44,331 bases of DNA from Lama guanicoe (Eukaryota): NCBI GenBank assembly GCA_013239625.1, contig MU053762.1, positions 147,424 through 191,754 of the forward strand, in the 5' to 3' direction. Shown here in pieces: positions 38,201-44,331 of this stretch. The notes beneath the pieces are model-generated. The model had not been told where the DNA came from. It ran no database searches and was given only the letters and a program-made list of their open reading frames with translations. Position 1 is the first letter of the stretch, and every line of letters starts with the position of its first letter. A program made the position numbers and the translations under genes.

Positions 38201-39090
38201 AATTTCTTCTTAGGAATGCTTTTACTGCATCCCATAGATTTTGTGTGGTTATGATTTTTGTCATTTGTCTCAAAGTATTTTTTAATTTCTTCTTTGATTT
38301 TATCATTGACCAATTGGTTTCTTAGTATCATGTTGTTTAATTATCATGTCATCATTTCTTTCTCCTTTGTTTTTCTGTAGTTGATTTCTAGTTTCATGCA
38401 TTGCATTCAGAAAAAAATGCTTAAAATAATTGCTATTGTCTTAAAATTGTTGAGTTTTCTTTTGTGCCTAAGTACATGATCCATCCTAGAAAATGTTCCA
38501 TGTGCACTTATGAAGAATGTATATTGTATTTTTTTAGGATGTAATGTTCTGAAATATCAACCATGTCTAATTTGAATATTGTTATCATTTAATTTCTGTT
38601 GTGTTATTAAATTTGCATCTGGAAGATCTTCCAGTGAGTATAATAAGAAGTTTTAATTTCCTACCATTATTTTATTCCCAGCAATTTCTCCTTTTATATC
38701 TGTTAGTATTTGCTTTATGTATTTAGTTGCTCCTACATTGGTTGTAGTTATGTTAATGGATGTAATATCCTCATCTTGTATTGCTCCTTAAATCATGAAA
38801 CGTTCTTCATCTTTCTTTATGGTCTTTGTTTTAAAGTTCACGTTGTGTGAAATCAGTATTGCTACTCCTGCTTTCTTTTTATTTCTGTTTGTGTGTAATA
38901 TCTTGTTCAATTTTCTCACTCACAGTCTATTTGTGTCCTTTTCCCAAAGGTGGGTCTCTTTTATGTGGCATATTGTAGGTTCTTGTTTTATAGTTCTTGT
39001 TTTCCAGTCTGTCACTCTATGTCTTTTCATTAGAGCATTTAACCTATTGAAATTTAAAGTAATTTATGATAAACTTTGGTTTATTGCCAT
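35262..39090 (-). pseudogene. L1 ORF2 (endonuclease/reverse transcriptase), disrupted
   Basis: ORF fragments 36870-37274 ([31 protein letters not shown]), 36487-36870 and 35262-35444, with multiple frameshifts. Confidence 0.9.
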
Positions 39091-39495
39091 TTTGAACTTA
39101 ATTTTGCAGTTGATTTGGCATTTTTTTCCTTGTTCCTTTCTTTTTCTTGTTGTGTTTTTTTTTTAAGTTTTCCTTTCTATTATCTTGGTTAATTTTTAGT
39201 TTTTGTGACTCTCTTGTAAGTTTTTGTCTTATGGTTACCCAATTTTGTACATATAATAACCCATTACTGTATCTGTTTGTTTGAAACATATAGTAATATA
39301 AACTCAAACCCATCCTACCGAGAATGAAAAAATTAAAGAATGAAGAAAACTATATTTTCTTGCTCCCCTCTCCCACTCTTAATGATTTAGATGTCTTCTT
39401 TTACAATTCCATGTTAATTCTGTTGTAATTCATGGTAGTTATCACCTTTCCAATTATGGTTTTCTCCTTTCAAAAGCAACCTGCTTCTTTTCGAT

Positions 39496-40418
39496 TTAGA
39501 GTATACCATTCAATATTTCTTTTAGTATAGATTTAGTGTTGCTAAATTTTTTTTTATTTTTGCTTGTCTGTGAAGATATTTATTTCTCCTTCTATTCTAA
39601 AAAATAGACTTGCTGGATTAATTATCCTAGTCTGAATCTTTTTTGTTTGTTTGTTTTTCATTCAGGACTTTGAATATATCTTGCCACTCCCTTCTGGCTT
39701 GTAGTGTTTGTTTAGAGAAATCAGCTGAAAGCCTTATGAGGTTTCCTTTGTAACTAACTCTGTTTTTCTCTTTATGCCTTTAGAATCATTTCTTTATCTT
39801 TAACCCTGGCCATGCTGATTATAATATATCTTAGTGTGTCTGTTTGGTTTCTTCTTGTTTGGGTCCCTTTGTACTTCCTGTATTGGTATATCTGATTGCT
39901 TCTTTATCTTTCAGGAGTTCTTAACTATGATTTCTTCAAATACCTTTTCAAACCCTTTTGCTTTTTCTTCTCCTTTTGAGACCCCTGTTATGCATAGGTT
40001 TTGGCAAGCTTTATATTATCCCATAGGATAATTGTTTTCATTGAATTTTGTTCTTTCATTGGTTTTTGTTTGTTTTCTTCTCTTCTGTTCTGATTAGTTG
40101 ATTTCTGTTGTCCTGTATTCTAAACCACTTATTAATTCCTCTGCATTAAGTAGCCTACATTTTTTTTCAACTTTTAACTCAGGTCTTATCTCAGCAAATG
40201 TGTTTTCCTATTTTAATTCACTCCTCTTTATAAAGTTTCAATTTCCTATTGACGTATTCTTTGCCTCTATACACAATCTCTTTTTGTGTCTTCAGTACTT
40301 TTATCTCTTCTTTTTTGAAATCATGATTTAATAGATTATCAAGGTCTATTTCATTGATCATTCTTTCAGGGGATTTTACCTGTTCTTTTAAATGGGAGTT
40401 GTCCCTCTACTTCTTTAT
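39496..40418 (-). pseudogene. L1 ORF1, disrupted
   Basis: Start region ATA AAG AAG TAG AGG GAC AAC (decayed MKKQRN-like) and end FSNTKSILKEILNGIL*. Confidence 0.65.
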
Positions 40419-43400
40419 TTTAACTATATCTCTCCTGCACTATTGATTATGGAGCATCAGTTATCTTTTCTGTTTCTAAAGGTTTTCTTTTTACTTATTT
40501 ACCTAAAACAGATGCAGAAATAAAGCTAAAAAAATAAATTTAAAAGAAGAGAATAAGATTTGAAAACAGATTATGAACAATAACAGAAGAACAAGTCAAA
40601 GAGAAATAAAAATTGAGACAAATTTTAAGTCTTAAAATTAGAAAATAATATCTTAAAACTGATTATAATAAATAAAAGAACAAAACAAAGATAAAAAGCA
40701 AATTATGAGAAATTTTAAAAGCTTAAAAGAAGAAAAAAATTTGGGAACAGAGTCTAATCGATAATAGAAGAATAAAGCAAAGAGAAATAAAAATGAAATT
40801 GAGACAAATTAAAAACAATTTAAAATATTTTAAAGTCCAATTTTAAAAGGGGTTTAAGATAGAAACATAAAAACCTTTTAAAAGTAAAAATTTAAACAGT
40901 AAAAGAAAAAAGTCAAAAAATGTGGATGTGTCCTTGTTGGCACTATGTGCTCTTAATTTTATTGATAGCTCTGTCTGAAGTATGGGTGGTTACTATGTCT
41001 TCCTGTCTTTTGCCTGTTATCATTTTTGTTGGGGATTTGGCCTGTGATCTGGTAGCAAGAGTCTTCCGTGGCTATTAAATGAGATCTCCTTTTTATTTTG
41101 TGTTTGTCGATGCTCCTGTTCTCACCCTGCTGCATGAACTCCACTCACTGGTTCCAGAGGCCCTCCTGTTGTGCCCCTGATCTGTTCTTCTCCTAGTGCC
41201 ATGTGCCATGTCTCCTCCAAATGCTGCATTGTAGTGGTGCACTTGTGCATGGTAGGTGGTTGGGTTGCTCTGCCTGTCAGTGCCCCTCCCAACTTCACTT
41301 CAGTTCTGTGCTATTTAGGTGGATTTGGATAAAATGGCCATACCAGCCATCACCCCTGCTCTGTGCCAGAACTCTGCTCCTTGTTCATTTGTCTTAGAAG
41401 CATGAGTTCACAGAGGTACTGCAGCAGAACTTTCCTATTTGCCTGGGGCTGTAAACAAATCTGAGTCCCACCTATGAGGTTGCAGAGCCCCTAGGTAAGG
41501 ATAGAAATTTCAACCTGCCTCCACCTGGGTGCACATTAGAGTATATGGTGGGTGTGTTTGAGTACCACCTCTCTTCTCCAGAAAAGGCACCAGAAATGAT
41601 GCCAGAAGTCTTCAAAGAAAAAAGCTATGGCACCCCTCCCCCCAGGGCACACCAGCAGTGTTGCTTTGCCTTTTATTTCATATTTTATGTGGGACTCATG
41701 TTGTTCTGCTCTGTATGTCTTTCCAGCAATGGCACACAGCACATTGAAATCTCCTGAGGTTGCCTCTGTACAGTTGGCCCGAGTCCTCTGTCAGGCTCAG
41801 GCAGTCTGTTTCATCCCACACCTGCTGGTTCGTGTCTAAGCCTGGGGATCATGAGGACCCTTTTTGCCCATTTAACTTTGTTCTGTCAGTCAAGGGCTAT
41901 TCTATACAATTTCAAGCCTCAGAGGTTCCCCCTCCATCCAGCTGACCTCTTCATTGGAGTGGGAGAGACCCAGCAAATGAGCACTATACCACCTTTGCTG
42001 CTCCCTCCCCATGGGACTGGGCTGCATTATTTCCCTTTTTCTTCCTTTTATTTTCCATTTCTCCTACCAGATTAATTGCGTGTTTTGTCTTTTAATGAAG
42101 GTGAGTTTCTGTCAAAGTTCAGCAGACTTTCTGATTGGATAAGTGGGTCAGTGGATGTCAGTCTTGGTGCATTTGTGGGAGAGGGTGAGCTAAGAGTGTC
42201 GTTCTACTCTACCACCTTGGCTCTTCTTGATTTTTTTCCTTTTTAAAATGTACAGTAGTCTAGTGTCTGTATAAGTGTCAATTATAGTGGGAGTTTGTTC
42301 AGTAAGCCTAAAATCTCTACTTTGAAATAAACTACTGGGTTTATAAAAAAGAACTAAGTTAACAGATGCAAGTCAGCATCATCCATTCAAGGGTGTGTTA
42401 GAGAAGGATGGAGGGGAAGAAGGGGAGAGGGGGAAGAGACTCAAAGGCTGAGAGAGTGGGGAAGGGGGAAGCCCTACCTGCTAACAAGTGGATGTTTGCT
42501 GCCATTCAACACAGCTCAGTGCAGGGGCACCCCACTTTATGCAGGAAGAGCTAGCTGTCTGGACTCTGATCTACAGACACTGCTCTCAGCTTCTACTCTG
42601 GAGTTGAGCTGGTGCTGCTGGAGGAGAGGATGGAGTCAGGGCAACAGTGGTTGGATGGCAGCCTCTGATGTGAACAAGGAGCTGTGAGTTCAGACTTGCT
42701 CCTTAAGCCCATAAAGGACAATGAGCAAGTGAGTCCTTCAAGAGAGACAAGGAGGGGGAGGGTCTTGTGGTGCTCCCACTGACTCTCCAAGCATCCAACT
42801 TGGAATTCTGCCTCAGGCTGACATCTTTGACCAAGAAACAACACAGGTTGCTATTATTTCCTAATTTAATAAAAGACTTTTTCTCACTTCCAAGGGAAGC
42901 ATAATAACAAATCTGAGCTACTTGAAGAAGGAAAATCCTCACTGAGCACCTACCCTGCACCAGGCATGGTATAAGGAACTTCATGGCTGTGATCTCAGTG
43001 ACATCTGACAAGTCACTAAGAACTGGGATGAAGGGACATGAGCAGAAACCAGAAGACAAAGACAGGCTGAAGGCAGATGTCATACAGAAAATTCCACAAG
43101 AATGAATAGCAGAAGCAGAAAGTGGAGATGGTGTGGGACCACATGGGCAAATTCCTTGGTTTGAATTCCAATGAACTAGGCAGGGAGGTAATCCTGGACT
43201 TAAAGCATAAATATAATTGGTTTCACAGTTTCTCTGCATGATCAATTATTTTTGTTTGTTTGCTTCTTTTTGCTGTCCTAGATTTTCCTACATGGCAATT
43301 TTTATACTTCTTCATCAACCATTCCCTTGACTGCTTCTCTTTCAACTCATATGCATAAAAGGCTTCACCTCAGGACCAGATAACAAATCAGTTAATAACA

Positions 43401-43820
43401 AGAAGGATAAGCGTTCAGAACTTGCCAAGCAAAAAGAGAGATTGGTATGCACTAAGGTAATTATGTAAGATGATTAATTGAAATTGAAGTGAATGGCTCA
43501 CAGTAGTGCTCAAAATGTTCAAAGAGGAAAGGAAGGCAGGTGGAAGTGGTCCTGTTTGTGTGTGTTTGTGTGTGTGAGCATGCATTCTGGGAGAGGAATT
43601 GGGTAATGAATGAAGACATCATGCAAGATGTTTGAAGTGTCAGTAACAGTCTTTGTATGAGTTGAGAAAGGGAAATAAAAAGGTACATTTGGAAATGATG
43701 CTTGAGGCCAGAATGTAAAAGGCCTTGAAGGTCAAATTAAGATGTGCTATCATATTTTATGTCTTGTATTTCACACCAATTTAAGTGTTGACCCTCTTAG
43801 AAATGGTGACTTAGAGAGGA

Positions 43821-43892
43821 NNNNNNNNNNNNNNNNNNNNNNNNNNNNNNNNNNNNNNNNNNNNNNNNNNNNNNNNNNNNNNNNNNNNNNNN
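43821..43892. other. Assembly gap
   Basis: Run of N. Confidence 1.
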
Positions 43893-44020
43893 CAGAAAAA
43901 TATTATAGTACTGTATGTTTCCTACTACCTACAGAGTTAGAAAATACATCAGTATTACTGAATTTGAAATATTCAAAGGGTGAGCTAGACAGACACCATG
44001 TAATCTTTTGTGTTGTGTGG

Positions 44021-44205
44021 NNNNNNNNNNNNNNNNNNNNNNNNNNNNNNNNNNNNNNNNNNNNNNNNNNNNNNNNNNNNNNNNNNNNNNNNNNNNNNNN
44101 NNNNNNNNNNNNNNNNNNNNNNNNNNNNNNNNNNNNNNNNNNNNNNNNNNNNNNNNNNNNNNNNNNNNNNNNNNNNNNNNNNNNNNNNNNNNNNNNNNNN
44201 NNNNN
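44021..44205. other. Assembly gap
   Basis: Run of N. Confidence 1.
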
Positions 44206-44331
44206 TATTGATTCAATTTTACAGTGTTGTGTCAAATTCCAGTGTTCAGTACAATTTTTCAGTCATACATGGACATATACATACTCATTGTCACATTTTT
44301 TTCTCTGTGATTTATCATAACATTTCATTTT
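44206..44331 (-). mobile_element. L1 3' end continuing beyond the window
   Basis: ttttacagtgttgtgtcaaattccagtgttcagtacaatttttcagtcatacat is homologous to the L1 3' ends at 25400 and 34960. Confidence 0.75.

Larger units (their letters stand above)
34931..42228 (-). mobile_element. Near full-length L1 (~7.3 kb), inactive
   Basis: 5' end GAAGAGCCAAGGTGGTAGAGTAG..GCTCACCCTCTCCCACAAA at ~42228. ORF1 remnant ~40418-39496, inter-ORF spacer ~400 bp, ORF2 remnant ~39090-35262 (RT motif [10 protein letters not shown]-terminal WIKKWWYIYTMEYYSA), and poly-A at 34931. Confidence 0.95.
25946..43456 (+). pseudogene. Candidate decayed multi-exon gene or spliced lncRNA (unidentified)
   Basis: Segments bounded by polypyrimidine-AG and GT: 25946-26001 (ATG..|gtaagg), 27115-27229, 27648-27692, 27951-28011, 28106-28190, 28888-28917, 29252-29274, 29341-29394, 30344-30491, 31318-31381 (|gtaagt), 34170-34317, 34447-34541, 34603-34671 and 43282-43456. 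Some read open; others contain stops. Confidence 0.35.

Noticed and set aside
43742..44320. Long ORFs (192 aa etc.), and similar ORFs at 5889-6317 and 22085-22354
   Set aside because: Artefacts of translating through N gaps.
1..44331. Prokaryotic systems (CRISPR arrays, operons, defence islands)
   Set aside because: The DNA is clearly mammalian. There are no regularly spaced short direct repeats or dense coding regions.

Overview
This is mammalian genomic DNA, almost certainly camelid (camel/alpaca/vicuna), judged from three tRNA-Ala-derived Vic-1-type SINEs. It contains four N-gaps. I see no intact protein-coding gene, and almost all ORFs in the supplied track are spurious or repeat-derived. 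The first ~12.5 kb is GC-rich, with a CpG-rich left edge, a ~240-bp tandem repeat and L2/MIR/MER fossils, and the sequence then switches abruptly to AT-rich. At the switch lies a nearly complete fossil hAT (Charlie/Buster-type) transposase on the minus strand. It has been interrupted by a 600-bp solo LTR with a 5-bp TSD, a Vic-1 SINE and a microsatellite, and a Tigger1 abuts it. The right half holds several L1s, including a near full-length 7.3-kb copy and a two-part chimeric L1 inside one TSD. It also holds a series of small, splice-site-bounded + strand segments (25.9-43.5 kb) downstream of a CTCF-motif GC patch, which may be a decayed multi-exon gene or spliced lncRNA that I cannot identify. 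Repeat family names come from remembered consensus sequences and need Dfam/RepeatMasker confirmation.
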